A DNA stretch of 63,982 nt, the filler included, from Choristocarpus tenellus KU-1152 (taxonomy: Eukaryota > Protista > Phaeophyceae), in the NCBI GenBank assembly GCA_964200185.2. It is 10 parts of 10 records of this genome, joined end to end, with 100 filler letters (N's around TTAATTAATTAA, not from the genome) between each part and the next. Parts side by side here need not be neighbours in the genome. Positions count along the whole stretch, not along the records: positions 1 to 14,860 come from CAXNAD020001103.1; positions 14,961 to 21,141 come from CAXNAD020008745.1; positions 21,242 to 32,952 come from CAXNAD020002173.1; 7 more parts are not named here. One strand, written 5' to 3'. Each line of letters opens with the position of its first letter. Within the stretch, counting starts at the first letter, position 1. Position numbers and translations under genes: made by a program. The notes beneath the pieces are model-generated. The model worked only from the letters and a program-made list of their open reading frames with translations, searched no databases and was not told where the DNA came from. Shown one piece after another: positions 11,048 to 23,679 of the stretch.

Positions 11048-12791
11048 ATGGGATTCGATCCAGGGTGGACACGAAGAGGGGCACAGTTCTGGTGGCGCTT
11101 GTTTTTTTTCACGTCCCTCGCCCTCTTTCTTTGTGCTTGGGTTGGTGACACCGTGTCCGTACCTGAAGCACCAGCATGGGTGGAACTTGATGTAGTGAAT
11201 GGAGAGTCTGTTCTCGTCGTTTTTTCCGCGCCACTGAGTGATGGAGGGTCGGCAGTGCAGAGTTACGAGGTGAGGAATTCTCAAGTATAGCGTAGATTCA
11301 TAGAGCTAGTACAACGGATATGGGTCTTCTGCCAAGGATATATCGGATCTATTATTTTTCTCGTCCATGTTGGCGATATCCCACATTTTGTTTTCCTGTT
11401 TGTATTATCATACGAGAGACTAATAATTATAGGGTGACTGGTTGGAATCACAAACGAAGAACAAGAGAGGTATAGGATTAGGGATAACTCTTTCCGCAGA
11501 GGGCTGTAGAAGTTAGGGTTAGGGTTAGGGTTAGGGTTAGGGTTAGGGTTAGGGAAGTTGAACAATCTTGAGCACTCCTCGCAAAATGAAGTAGATTTTC
11601 CTGAAGTGTGATATGTGTGTTCTCTATGATAGTGCCTACGAACAGCATTCTGGCACATAGAGCATGTAGACAAATAGAAACCATTAATACTATGAAAAGT
11701 AGTACGGTGAAACTGCTGAATTAGGAGTGGAACTACCTTGTCTGGATACTCATTTCAACAGGGTTGAACAGAGTGCTTATTTATGCCATGAATTGACATT
11801 TAAATGTTCAAATTATATTATAATTCGAATGGATTAATGTAGAAATATCTGTTCAAGCCGCATCATTGCTTTGTATTTATTTCTTCTGTCCGAAAGTGTG
11901 ATATTTTATTTTGATCAAGAAAAAAATATGCATCACTTGGTTAAGCTCCATGTGTAGCTAATAATAACTATACTGTACATAACATTGGGCTAATTTTACC
12001 ACACTTTAAAATGCAGAAGCATGAACATGGTTAAAGTGCATTAAACTCTAATTAAGAAATTCTTTTAACCACTCAGATGTGATTTTCGTCACCTTCGAGT
12101 CACTGTAATTGAGGACATGTGCGTTGGGTTTTTCAGCAACAAATCGAACTCTCATACACAAAACAAACACAAGCAAACAAAAACATACTAACCATTGCAA
12201 TAATATATTTTCTTTTTCTTCCTTTGTGAGAAAAGAAGGCTATCCATGCTGTGGATACAAGCACTGATGATATTATTGCTTCCACACTATACATGTCCAA
12301 GTGACATATTTTGTTTGGGAGCATGTAAGATACTATTTTTTTTACATTTTGAATAAAATACTGATATATGATGCACATAACAAGCTACTTAGTCGATCCT
12401 TCTACCTCCGTTGTTCAGCTTTTCAAGTTGCTTGAAAAGGGTAGAAGAGTAGAAAATCTTTGATTGTACCATTGAAAGGGTCCCTGCATGTTGTTTCCAG
12501 ACATCCATGTGAACCACACCAACAATTCACCTGGACCACACATAGATAGTTGTTGGAATCGTGCCATATTCCCCCAGGAAGTTTCTTGCTCCTGTTCTTC
12601 TTAACCCTTGTGGCATACTATGTTGCCCACAGGTGGAATGGGATACAGATCCAGGCACGCGAGAAGTGCAGCAGATCAAGACGTATTCTAACACAGGTCC
12701 TAATGAGATACAGTCAGTAACTGTCAGTGGAGATGATGTGGACGAGGTGCAGCAACTGGTATCATCAGCCAACCTCACCCGTGAAGTGCAG
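11048..12791 (+). CDS. 5' part of a secreted/membrane fibronectin type III (titin-like, EVQ-repeat) protein
   Basis: Exons 11048-11269 and 12633-12791. Signal peptide, then FN3 motif PEAP...VVFSAPLSDGGSAVQSYE|VEWD, then EVQ/EIQ repeats. The gene runs into the linker at 14861. Confidence 0.8.
11513..11554 (+). repeat. Interstitial telomeric repeat (TTAGGG)7
   Basis: Perfect TTAGGG array inside FN3 gene intron 1. Confidence 0.95.
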
Positions 12792-12849
12792 GTATGCTAC
12801 TCCTGGCAATTTGTCGTTATTCGGATTTCTGTTACTGTTCTTTCTATTG

Positions 12850-14778
12850 AATTGCTCTTGCTTCTAGTGATTCAATTAAAAAAAAAATAGAGTAGAAAAT
12901 ACTAAAGAGGACGGGTCAATCGATCTTCTTCTTCTTGGTACTATAATTTTCTTTACTACTAGAAACGATGTGATTACAGTACTATATTTGGTAGCACTGT
13001 TTTTGTTCATGTTTATGATATCAATATCTTTGCTATTATTTTTGGTTGCTATCTTTGTTATTATTTTTGGTGATTTTTTCTATCACTGTGCATATTATTT
13101 TTCTTTAATAACTCTATATACGTTTTCCTTTTTTTTGCATAATTTCTGTTTTGTTATTCCTAGTTTTTTATTTCGTTACTCATAGTTCCTTACTTTTACT
13201 ACATCTATAAAATATCTGAATATTTTTTGCTATTCTTATCATTATCGTTCTTCTACCTTTGATATTTTTTTATATTTTTTTATATTTAATCATTCCGACT
13301 CTTTTGACATTTCTGTTTCTATCATTTTCGACTTTGTTATTACTACTTTTGATGGTGTTTTGTTGTGAAAATTAATTATAATTTCAAATTTTATTAGTTG
13401 TATTTCATAACATATGTTGTAAACAGTTTTGTTTAATTATTTCTGACATCTCTATTATTTCTGTTCCTACATATTGTTGCTTTTAATGTTATCACAACTT
13501 TTGTCCTTACACCTTTAAGATATATCTATCTTTACTATTTCTATTTAGATATTGCTATTTTCGATATTACTATATGCTACATAGCATACTAAATCGAGTA
13601 CGAAATATTTCGATTTTTCTTCTTTTGCTGATTTCAATGTTTCTCTTTTTATTTTTATTTTTTTTATAAGCCATTTTTATAATTTCTATTTTTTTTTCTG
13701 TTTAATTTATTTCAGATTTGTTATTCCTATGTTTGCTTTTACTATTTCTCATAGTGCAACTTTTGTTGTGTCTATTTTTACAATTTTTGTTTCACCTGTT
13801 ATATTTTTTGCTATTTTATTTTTTACTATGATATTATCCTGGTATAATACTCCCAATCTTCCCTTGCTCTTTTTTGTTGCTGGAACATACTAGATTTCTG
13901 ATTTTTCATTTCTGTTTCCTGTGGTGTAGTGAAATGAAATAATTTTGGACTGAAGGTGCACAACACAAAGCCTCCACAGGTCTCAGCACCAGGCATATAT
14001 GAAGCCATGATTTTTTTCTTGTAGTGAGTTATGGGTACATTGTGACACCTTATGATGAATCTGTTGTTCAGTGATCTCCGACATGTTCAAACCACACATG
14101 TGGCTGACTTGTGATTTAATAAAAATGGAATAACTGCATGTTTTTCAACTTGGGTATTAAGTTGATCCAATTTGTTGTTATTATTTGCATTATTATTGTT
14201 GCATATTTTCTTTTTCTTCTTATAGTCTTTATTATTATTTCTGATTGAACTGTTGCGGTTCACAACACTTATTGTTTTTTTTGTTTTTTGTTTTTTGTTT
14301 TTGTTACTTATTGTTACCATTTTGTGTAATTTCTATATTTGTTTTTACTATATTTGTATTACAAATGATTTTGATGTTTCTATTTTAATATGGTAGTAGT
14401 ATCAGACAATTGCACTATTATTTATTTTCTCTGTATACAAAATCTACTGTAGTTAATATTTTTTACTCAAATGCTGTTACTACTTACACTGTTACTCTTT
14501 ATGATACTATTGATATCGTTGCTCCTAATGTTGTTGCTATTCATGTTACTACTATTCTTGTAATTTCTGGTATTGATGTTAATATTCGAAACAATAATTT
14601 TTGTTTTAATCTTGTTTCAATAATCTTTTCCACTTCTGTTTTCCTTGTCACTATTTTTCTGTTGTTATTAGTCTCGAAAATACTGTTTTCAGTATTGATT
14701 ACAATGTTTTTCTATTTTTTGCCATTTCTGTTTTTTTTCTCTTTTGTGTTATTACTATCCTTGTTAATAACCTATTTA
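12850..14778. repeat. Very T-rich low-complexity intronic tract
   Basis: Degenerate TACTATT/TTGTTATT/TTTTCT motifs. The ORFs here are Phe/Leu/Ile-rich compositional artefacts. Confidence 0.7.
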
Positions 14779-14860
14779 GAGTGAAAGTATCTTAGAGGGT
14801 ACGAGGTTTGCCCTGTTTGTCCATTTGGGGCTTGGCTTCCCTCGTTTTTTTTTTGACATT
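14779..14860 (+). mobile_element. MITE family A, left end (truncated by linker)
   Basis: GAGTGAAAGTATCTTAGAGGGTACGAG..TTTGCCCTGTTTGTCCATTTGGGGCTT, matching the copies at 19188, 51681 and 63926. Confidence 0.85.
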
Positions 14861-14960
14861 NNNNNNNNNNNNNNNNNNNNNNNNNNNNNNNNNNNNNNNN
14901 NNNNTTAATTAATTAANNNNNNNNNNNNNNNNNNNNNNNNNNNNNNNNNNNNNNNNNNNN
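14861..14960. other. Artificial contig linker N44-TTAATTAATTAA-N44 (first of nine)
   Basis: Identical 100-bp spacer with stops in all six frames. Also at 21142-21241, 32953-33052, 39377-39476, 43181-43280, 45906-46005, 50719-50818, 54142-54241 and 60693-60792. Confidence 0.97.
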
Positions 14961-15093
14961 GCTTGACCCAAAATTGACTGGGATAAAGGGTCGATATGTT
15001 TTTTTTTTGTATTTTTGACACTTTATCCCAGTCAATTTTGGGTCAAGCCCATCATCAATGAAACGCTCCATCCTCAATTTTTAAAATCGGCTG
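14961..15093. repeat. Foldback repeat family C with a perfect 28-bp inverted repeat
   Basis: GCTTGACCCAAAATTGACTGGGATAAAG (14961-14988) pairs with CTTTATCCCAGTCAATTTTGGGTCAAGC (15021-15048), followed by CCATCCTCAATTTTTAAAATCGGCTGTT. Partial copies at 25729-25788 and 39477-39540. Confidence 0.75.
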
Positions 15094-16627
15094 TTCTCTG
15101 GTGATCCTCCTGATGGGACTGTACGCTTTTTCTACCACAATAATAGCAAAGATGGCACAGATCCTACTTTTGATCTCTGGGACATTTCGACTGCAGCACA
15201 CTTTGAATTGAGGAGGGAAACACAGCGACGAGCAGTGGTGCAACTGAACCTATTGTGTGAGAAAAAATGAAGCACCGTCAGAGGACATTGAAATTAGTTT
15301 CTGTGGGATAGATACATTGTCGGGTAGGAGAAATACTGCACTGTACACTGTCATCTGACAATGAATCAACATGCTAGGTAAAATGGAGGTAGTGAAGAAG
15401 TTTCAGACCGTCATCATGGCTTGGTGGTTGAGGTGACGATAACCTCCATGAAACTAATAGGTTCGAGCCCCTTTGATACCCCAGGCTTCTATTAATGAAA
15501 ACCGAGTCTCAATGATGCTGTTCCATGAATTAAGTACAGTAGACTTGTACACATTCACAATCACTATCCAACAGGAGTGGTATGAGTGTGTGGCTAATGG
15601 TACAACGAGATTCATGGTCGAGTAGCATTCCAACGAAGCTGTGGTAAGTAATGTGTATGTCATGCCAAAGCAGCAGCTAGGGCTGCCCAAGCCACGAACG
15701 CCACCACCACCATTGTCTGCTGTACGGTATTTCTCTTTGTAGGCTTACTCTCTTGCATCCTTTGTTCTTTTTCTTTTTTCTCTTTGTGAAACAGATGGAA
15801 ACTGTCAGACAGATTCTTCAGACTAAAGGGGAGGGGGAAGACCCATAGGAGGAAGGGAATGGAGATATACAAGGCAGGAGAGTGAGTAAATATTGAGTGG
15901 TTTGAGGGGACCTTGCAAACCCCCCTCATTCACTTCTTCTTGCCTGTTCACTCTTCGCTGAGTGACCTTCTGAGGGATACCTCACCCTCCTGCCTAGTCT
16001 CTCTCCATTCCCTTCCTCCTGTGGGTGTTACCCCTCCCCTTCAGTCTGAAGAGCCTGTCTGCCTGTTTCCATCTATCTGTTTCACAAAAGTATCTCCCTT
16101 CACAATAAAAAACACAAATTACGAACGAAAAGTCCAAGAAAAGTTGAACCATACACCCAATTCCACCACTTTTCGTGACCGAATATTCTTATGGGGTGGA
16201 CAATGCCGTGCTATATACTGCATTTCTATTTACTACTTTACTTATAATAGTATATGTATGTGCATATTATTATGTCCGACATTTTGAGGATGTGTATGGG
16301 GAAAAGCCAACGAAAAGTCAATTCAAAGTCATATATATTATGTTTATCACTACACCATATATATAGTTCCGAGATATCACCAACATCCAAGAAATTGAGT
16401 AAATAGTCATCTTAACTCAAACAATTTCAACTTCGAACTGGTACTGGAATATTCGTCACAAAAACTCATTGTCATTATGACAAGTGGTTGTTATCCTCAC
16501 CTGTTTAATTTCAACACCTCAATATTATTTACTGACTTGCCCACAACCAATCTTCGACCTCTCAACGAAGCCCTTGCATCAAAAGCATCTACTCCTCCCC
16601 TTTTTTGCTCAGGATCCCCTCTACAGA

Positions 16628-19600
16628 ATGAATATGCCGCGTCGATTGGTAGCTTCTGTTGCGGGTCAGGCAATCGGTCTCATCTGTGGTGGGGGTCTTG
16701 TGATGCTGGCCATTTCGCCCAACCTCGTCTCTTCTTCATTTTCTCCAGTGAAGGAGGGGGACGTTGGCGTAAGTAGTAGGGAGTTGAATGGAGTTCAGAC
16801 TCTCCCTGCTATATACCCCAAGCCGACACCGACGGATGGCACATACCCACAAGCCTCAAGCTTCGCTCTGGATCTCAAGAGGAAGGATTTCTCGCCAAGG
16901 AATGCGCACTACATGGCCCATCTCAGTCGGGTAGCATATGCCGATAAATCCCAGGCATCCAAACGGTGTTCCGATCTTGGACTGGAGAGCTTCCACTGGT
17001 TTACGGTAAGATTTTAAACATCTGTAATGTTTCGAGCGAAATAAGATAACCCAACTTGATCGACCTATATACACCATGACATGAGATCACGAGGAATGCT
17101 CTTTACTTGAAATGCATGTTAGAGAGATTGGCTTGGTGTTCGGTTTTGTGCTGCATAGCTTTTAGATGTTGATTCGGCTTACAAAACCCATCGGTTTTAA
17201 GTAGCACACCTGCGAATGGTTTCACAACACAAACACCACAAACATCGCATCTCTTCATGGAGTTTCAACTCCTAGCAGGAACGTGATGTAGGCGGCATTG
17301 CCTGGGCGATTCACCTGATTATACAGCAAAACTACCACCCTTGGAATGCCTGGAAAAAACAGGCCAATGAGATCAGTCAGCTCACGCAGACATATCCCAA
17401 CCCCCTTTCATGTCGCATTTATTGCAGAAAAAGTCCAACGCCGAAAAAGGCCTCGACCACGATACTCAGAGCTTCGTAGCGTCCAACGGTCAATTTACTG
17501 TGGTGGTCTTTCGCGGAACGACCTCCTTGTCAGACTGGGCGACGAATACATTGGTTTGGAGAATCGAGACTCCTTACGGATCTGTCCACCGAGTGAGTGC
17601 AACGCATGGGAGAGAGCAGCCCTAAATCAAACCTACGGTGTCTACCCTTTCCTTTTTTCTTTTTTTTTTTGCCGTGCTAATCAGTGAGCTATGTGTTTGT
17701 GTGAATGTGGGTGTTCATGGCTTCACGATACAATTTGTGCAAAGCCACTATTTTGGAACGAGGTCTTCTCGATTTGTTGCTGAATGTGACGACTATTCAT
17801 CATTATTTCTTGATTTTGGGGTACATCCAAGGAGATCTTGCTCCCACCAACCTCAAAGACCTCAAGTTCATTGCCTCAAACATGTATGGTACATGAGACG
17901 GATCACTGACTGCCTCATTCCAGATAAGCTTTTTTGCGCCACTCAAGCTTTCAATGTTTCAGGGGGATAATCTCAATTTCACCATCTGTTACTATCTTCA
18001 GGGCTTGTGAAGAAGCTACCCCAGTCGCTGGCCAAGTAGAAAAATATGCTGAAGTTTCTATATCCATGAGTATCTCAGCTTCAACATTGCTGGCAAGGGA
18101 ATGGTAATGGACAAAAATCCATTAGTTAGCTGATTTTGGATTTACAAGTAGGTTAATATTGGCGCCTTCCACGGTTGTGTGTTCATAATAATTTATTTTT
18201 TAATCATACCGCAGTTGAAAATTCAGAATATAATTTAGTTTTATTTAAAAGTCACAATAGATACACTGTAGAATGAAAAAAACATTTTCCAGGTTGACAC
18301 AGGAGACAGGTATCTAAGTAAACAATAAACCACATGTACGTTCTGCGCAGAGTGCTTGCCTATGTAACACCTTGTCACTCCTCATCCTACCCATGAACAA
18401 GGATGGGATGACTACCTTAGTGGCTCAAGTATTCTGTTGAGGGCATCAACTAATGTTCCTACATTCTACCACAGCTTTCTGGTTCAGGTGCATATGCTCC
18501 CATACTTTCCAATTGCATCACCTTTGCACCTTGTGCATCGTACCTAACCCTCTCATCCCCCCCTCCCCTCACCTGTGCTTTGCCTGCCTCTACCCACCAC
18601 CTAACATGGGATGTGGTCCCACAGGGCTTTAATGCGGCTGTGGACACAGTATGGGCAGAAATGCTCCCCGTAATCAAGAGGATTCACAAGGAGGACCCCT
18701 CAAAGCCCATCTACGTATGTGGACACTCCCTTGGTGCGGCTCTTGCATCTATTGCTACAGCTCGACTAGAATTGGACGAGAATATTGAAATTGCAAACCT
18801 GTACACCATTGGCTCTCCAAGGTCAGCATGATGTCTATGTATATATATATATTGTCGACTTATGCTGTATGTGCGTGTATTTTGGCTAGTCGCATGGCTC
18901 TTGCATATACCAAGTCCGGCCTAACAATTGCGATGTTGCTCACACTATGATGGCAGGGTATTCCAGAAGGACTTCGCGGAGAAATTTGACGAGGTTCTCA
19001 AGAAAAAGACTTTTCGTGCTGTGAACAACAATGACATTGTTACAGACTTGCCATTTGATAACAACGTGATTAATACCAATTTATTCAACTTCCGGCACAT
19101 TGGGAACCTTATCTACATTACAAGGAGGTGAGAAAGTGCTATTCCTTCCGTCAAACCTCACTGGAATTGCCTCAGAGGTGGTTTAAAGAGTGAAAGTATG
19201 CTAGAGGGTATGAGATTTTCTCTGTTTGTCCATTTGGGGCTTATCTTCCCTGAGTTTTTTTAGTACATTTTACATACTCCAAAATGTTTTGGAGTAGGTA
19301 AAAATGTATACGTTATGAAAAGGTGTGTCCGGAACAAAGATATTGACTCTTCCTAACAAAGACAATAGCCAAAATCACATCAAAATCGCAAAATTGGATT
19401 TTGACCCCAATTGGACGCGGCTCTACCTCTAAGATACTTTGACTCAAATATATACATCTATATATTACTTCGATTGAAGCTCTAAGGGGTGTTTTCAGTT
19501 GTATTTCTTTTAGGTGTACAAAGGGACAATGATGCTGCTGCCATTGGATTGTTTGTAGATGGGGTAAATTCTAATGGTGAAACTGGATCATAGAGTGAGG

Positions 19601-20071
19601 TTGAGCGACAGCCACATGGAAAAGGGAAAGGGGGTGACCACAGGGGCATCTACACATAAATGTAAAGACATAAGTTTTTTTTCATTTTAGATCTCTGTTT
19701 TTTCAGTGAAAAGTTTTTTTTTCCAACATACTTTTGGTTCAGCTACACGAACCACCACACTCTCAAAATAACCCCTTTATCACCCCCCTACGACAAATCA
19801 TCTCATGAAAAAGCTTTCCGTCCTGTTTTCTTTGGATCTAATTTTTTTTCTTGTAATGTTCTTTTATTGAACCAGAGGAAATATCGGTGGCAGGGGCTGG
19901 TGGGATGGTATCGCAGGGCGATTTCAGGCTCTTCTGGGTGGAACTATTAGTGACGGGAAGGCAGATCACTCTGCAATAAACTATGAGGAGGTATTTAGAA
20001 GGGAAGCTGTAAAGGCAGAGAAGGGATTGCTTGTTCAGGTGGCGGGCAAAGTCGCAAGCACAGTTATGGAG
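16628..20071 (+). CDS. Class 3 lipase (alpha/beta hydrolase) with an N-terminal hydrophobic segment; 3' end not resolved
   Basis: Exons 16628-17005, 17428-17592, 18625-18821, 18957-19127, 19876-20071. Motifs VVVFRGT, VHRGF, IYVCGHSLGAALA (Ser), YTIGSPRV, RAVNNNDIVT (Asp), FRHIG, ADHS (His). Confidence 0.92.
19188..19445 (+). mobile_element. MITE family A, full-length copy in lipase intron 4
   Basis: TIRs GAGTGAAAGTATGCTAGAGGGTA and TACCTCTAAGATACTTTGACTC; ~258 bp; AAA on both flanks. Confidence 0.9.
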
Positions 20072-21241
20072 GTAAGTAATCTCTTTTGACGTCTCCCTGC
20101 TGAGGAAATAGTATAATCTCCACGTACATGTTATTTCTTTTTCTATTGTTAACCAGTCTGAACATACGCATCATCTTTACTCTGGCTTTGTGTAGTAATG
20201 TATACAATATATATATAGGTGTTAACTAATGCTGTATTCAGGTAACTATTTGGCGATTCCTGTGGGTGATTTTTTTCATTTCAATGTATCCTGTAAGGCG
20301 TCCATTGTTTTCTTCTTTGGAGTCCTATTCGATCCCAACAAATAGCCGAAGCACCTCTAAAAGGAAATTGTACTACGAAATAAGCCCGTTTCAATCCGCA
20401 CTTCATACTTTGTACCCTTTTTAAGAATTGGTACCAAGTAGGATCTACTGCATTGGATGTTGTGTTCTTCATCCTTACCCACAGGAAGGGGTTATGGAGG
20501 TATTTTCTTGTTAGTAGACAGACTGTATCATGCCCTGCCGAAGGGTTTTGAATCTTACTAGCATTGAAGAATAGTATTTTTTCTGTTGAATCTAGAAGCC
20601 TGGTCTTTTTTCTGGAAAAGCGATGATCAGTGAGTTTGCAGTATCTGGTTTTTTTATACTTCAACTTGTAAATGCCATCTTTCTTGCAAGCAGGCACTAA
20701 TGCTGAACGAATCGACTTCGAATAAGTCTTTTTTTGAAAAGCAAGACTGTGCGCTCTGCTCATCATCTTGCAATGCTTTTTTTCACTGTAGATTTACTCA
20801 GAACAGCAGCAGTGGGAGCGTTGAGTGCAGTGCAGTGGATCAGAACCATTTTCAGAACTATTTTGTTATTGTTGTTTACATGTTTTTTATTTCTACTTTT
20901 TTTTTGTTCTCTGGGTAGGGTCTTGTCCTATTGGTCGAGTTGACTCTGGTTGATGCATATATCCGTGCTTTACGTGAGTGAACTTCCTTGCCCCAATACC
21001 CTGAAGCCACTTTTTGCAATGACCAGTTGCATTCCTAAACCGCTCCAAACCATACCCCCCCCCACACCCACACCCGATCCCTATTCCCTTAAAACTTACC
21101 CACAATAGGTTTGGTTTTAATTTCGTAAAGAAAGTGATGTGNNNNNNNNNNNNNNNNNNNNNNNNNNNNNNNNNNNNNNNNNNNNTTAATTAATTAANNN
21201 NNNNNNNNNNNNNNNNNNNNNNNNNNNNNNNNNNNNNNNNN

Positions 21242-21288
21242 TTGGTCCCCAAATGGACGCGGCTCTACCCTCTTAGATAATTTGACTC
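21242..21288 (+). mobile_element. MITE family A, right end
   Basis: CCCCAAATGGACGCGGCTCTACCCTCTTAGATAATTTGACTC immediately after a linker. Confidence 0.8.
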
Positions 21289-21421
21289 ATGCACAATTTG
21301 ATGCAGACACAGATGGAAATTTTCTGCCAAAAAAAGGGTCCAAGGCATCCATTTAGTTGCACGCCCCAAAAAGAACTTAAATGCTCTGATCCCATTGCCC
21401 AATTGATACTGGCTTCTATAG

Positions 21422-22948
21422 GTCGAATGCAGGAAGCCAATGAGTCATGCTATTCAGTGGTTAAACGTGAATTTCGGATCCTGTTTGGTGCCATGTGCAG
21501 GAACAAAAGCGCTGACCTCTTGCTTGCAGGCGACAAGGTAGGTTAGTTGCAAGTTGAGAGATAGCTTGTGCTAAACTTTATGATGGTAACGTTGTTTTGG
21601 TATACATAATGTAAGGGGTAAGGGCTGCCCCCAACTAAGTTGTTTTACACACAATATGTTCGTTATCATCATGGTTCATATCGTGAGGCTCAAGTGTGGT
21701 CACCATACAGGAAGAAATATTGTGTTGTGCTCATAAAGGAGGTATCCTTTACCTTATCCGTTTATCTTATCAGTCAACCACGGGTTTTTTTTCTCCACTG
21801 TGCATAGAGCCCGAGTATACTTGGGAAAACCCCACACACATTGTGCATGAATAATCTCCCAATTGCAGCTTCTCCATCTTAAACCTTACATAAATACGCA
21901 CCTCAGCTTGAAGATGGCCTCATCATGGCAGTCGGGAATGGGAGTGACTGCAAAGAAGTCAACAAGTCTCCTCAGGAACTGAGTGGAGGGCAGCAGGCCC
22001 TCTTGGGTCTGGCACTTGTGCTTGCCCTTTCGACCTACCACCCCCCTCCGCTCTGCCTCCTTGACGAGGTGGATGCTGCTCTCGACAAAACAAACCAGGC
22101 AAGTCCTCATGGTGAACTTAACTGTAGTATCAATCACTCTTGTGGTGAATAGCAACCGTTTGTTATTGCTGTATTGTCTTCAGTCTGAGAGCCCTTTCAA
22201 TTTTTCCGATGCAGAGTTTCTTGAGGGGTGGGTATATGTCGATCTCTCTTTGAGTTTGTTTAGAATTATGTAGTACAAAAGATAGTGCTGAAAAACTACA
22301 TCAGCCCACACATCATATTGAGAAATAAAGTGTGTGCCTCACCCACCCCCTCAACTCTGGTGTTACTCTTCAGCGAAGGAAAAACCATGCTCATATTGAT
22401 ATGCTGGGGAATGCTTTGAGCATACATATTGTACTGGTATAGAGCTGTACGAATGCATTGAAGTGATTGGTAGTTGACAGGGAGAAAGGAGTAATCAGGT
22501 GTACATACTGTTTGGGGGTAAATACTTCGGCTTCATGATTACACAACCCCTGTCATCATTGTAGTCTGCAGATTTCAATAGTCTTTCTGTATAAGTCACG
22601 ATACATTGCTCCTCCCTTGAGTGAGAAGCATTGATATTATTGTTGTGTAGCACCCTGCCTATACCGTGAATGTATTTTGTAAAACGTCAAGAAGATTATT
22701 TCAAAGCATCAAAATCCTCCTAACAATGTGCTGAGACCTGAACATTCCTTATTCGTTCGTTCTTTCTCTCTTCCTCCTTCGGGTAATTAAATCCTCTGAC
22801 ACAGGCAGCAGCAGCCAGGCTAGTGGCCATGGTGTTTCAGCATAGTCAGGCACTGTGTGTCAGTCATCATGTCGACTTCCACAGGCAGAGTAGTCATATT
22901 GTCGGCGTTGCCATGCAGAATGGTGTTTCACATGTACGAAAGATATAA
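21422..22948 (+). CDS. C-terminal ATPase head of a divergent SMC2-like protein (5' partial)
   Basis: Exons 21422-21537, 21907-22098 (GC donor) and 22805-22948. Product: VKREFRILFGAM...LEDGL...QELSGGQQALLGLALVLALSTYHPPPLCLLDEVDAALD...FQHSQALCVSHH...NGVSHV*. Signature, Walker B and D-loop intact. Confidence 0.85.
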
Positions 22949-23679
22949 ATGTAGAGTGTGTGACGAGACTTGTGCCAACAAAAATAGTTGTGCAAGAATC
23001 AATAAGGTGGCATTCACTCAGTAAGTTTATGGTCAAGAACTAGCAAATCATCAAACAATGGTGGTGCAGAACCTCGAGCTTTACACATGAATATGGCCGA
23101 CTCTCCGAGAATTCTGGGTCAAGAACATGTCTGTTCAGTGATTCAACTCTTTAATTCTCTACAGTATGTTGAACATGACGGAGTAGATGGTAACAACTGG
23201 AAAAATGTAAACATTTTCAGGATGGTTACCACCACCGTAAATTTTCTCTGCAGGCCAGAGGCAGCCTTCCAGATCTCTCTGCCACCGCAGACACAATTGG
23301 CTGCAACCGACTCCAGAGTCAATTGGTATTTCTCCCCTGTGTTCTTCTATGGAGGATCAGGGTAAGAGGTAGGGAAAGGGCGAACCTACTGCATGTAGAA
23401 AACATTTTTTAGTATAATAATCAATCAAGGCCTCACCACTTACCTGATGGTGACCCTGCTGGCAAAGCATCCTTGTCACAAGCCTGTCGTTGCTCTCTTG
23501 GGTCGTGCTATCACCCTATCAAGGCATGGAGGCAATGGGGGTTCACTGTGCACGAGATGAGACACCAACGCTCTTAAAAATACCTATAATACAACGGACA
23601 GCGAAATCAAAATCCTACAGGAAAAAAACATGTATCCTTGGGCATCTTGTAACGTTTGCTTCACACTGCTTACAGAGCA

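Noticed and set aside
14052-14108. Possible C/D-box snoRNA (ATGATGA...CTGA)
   Set aside because: Short, with no convincing terminal stem or recognisable rRNA guide.
12970-14784. Hydrophobic ORFs resembling membrane proteins (also 35484-35742)
   Set aside because: Translations of T-rich low-complexity DNA.
14905-14916. TTAATTAATTAA as a biological site (PacI-like or piggyBac TTAA)
   Set aside because: Always centred in exactly 44+44 Ns; it is an assembly linker.
2746-20071. Lipid/carnitine metabolic gene cluster (dioxygenase, GNAT, lipase)
   Set aside because: The lipase is on a different contig, and predicted compartments differ.
21742-21775. GTATCCTTT U12-type donor consensus
   Set aside because: It lies inside a normal GT-AG intron whose flanking exons already join in phase; no supporting exon.
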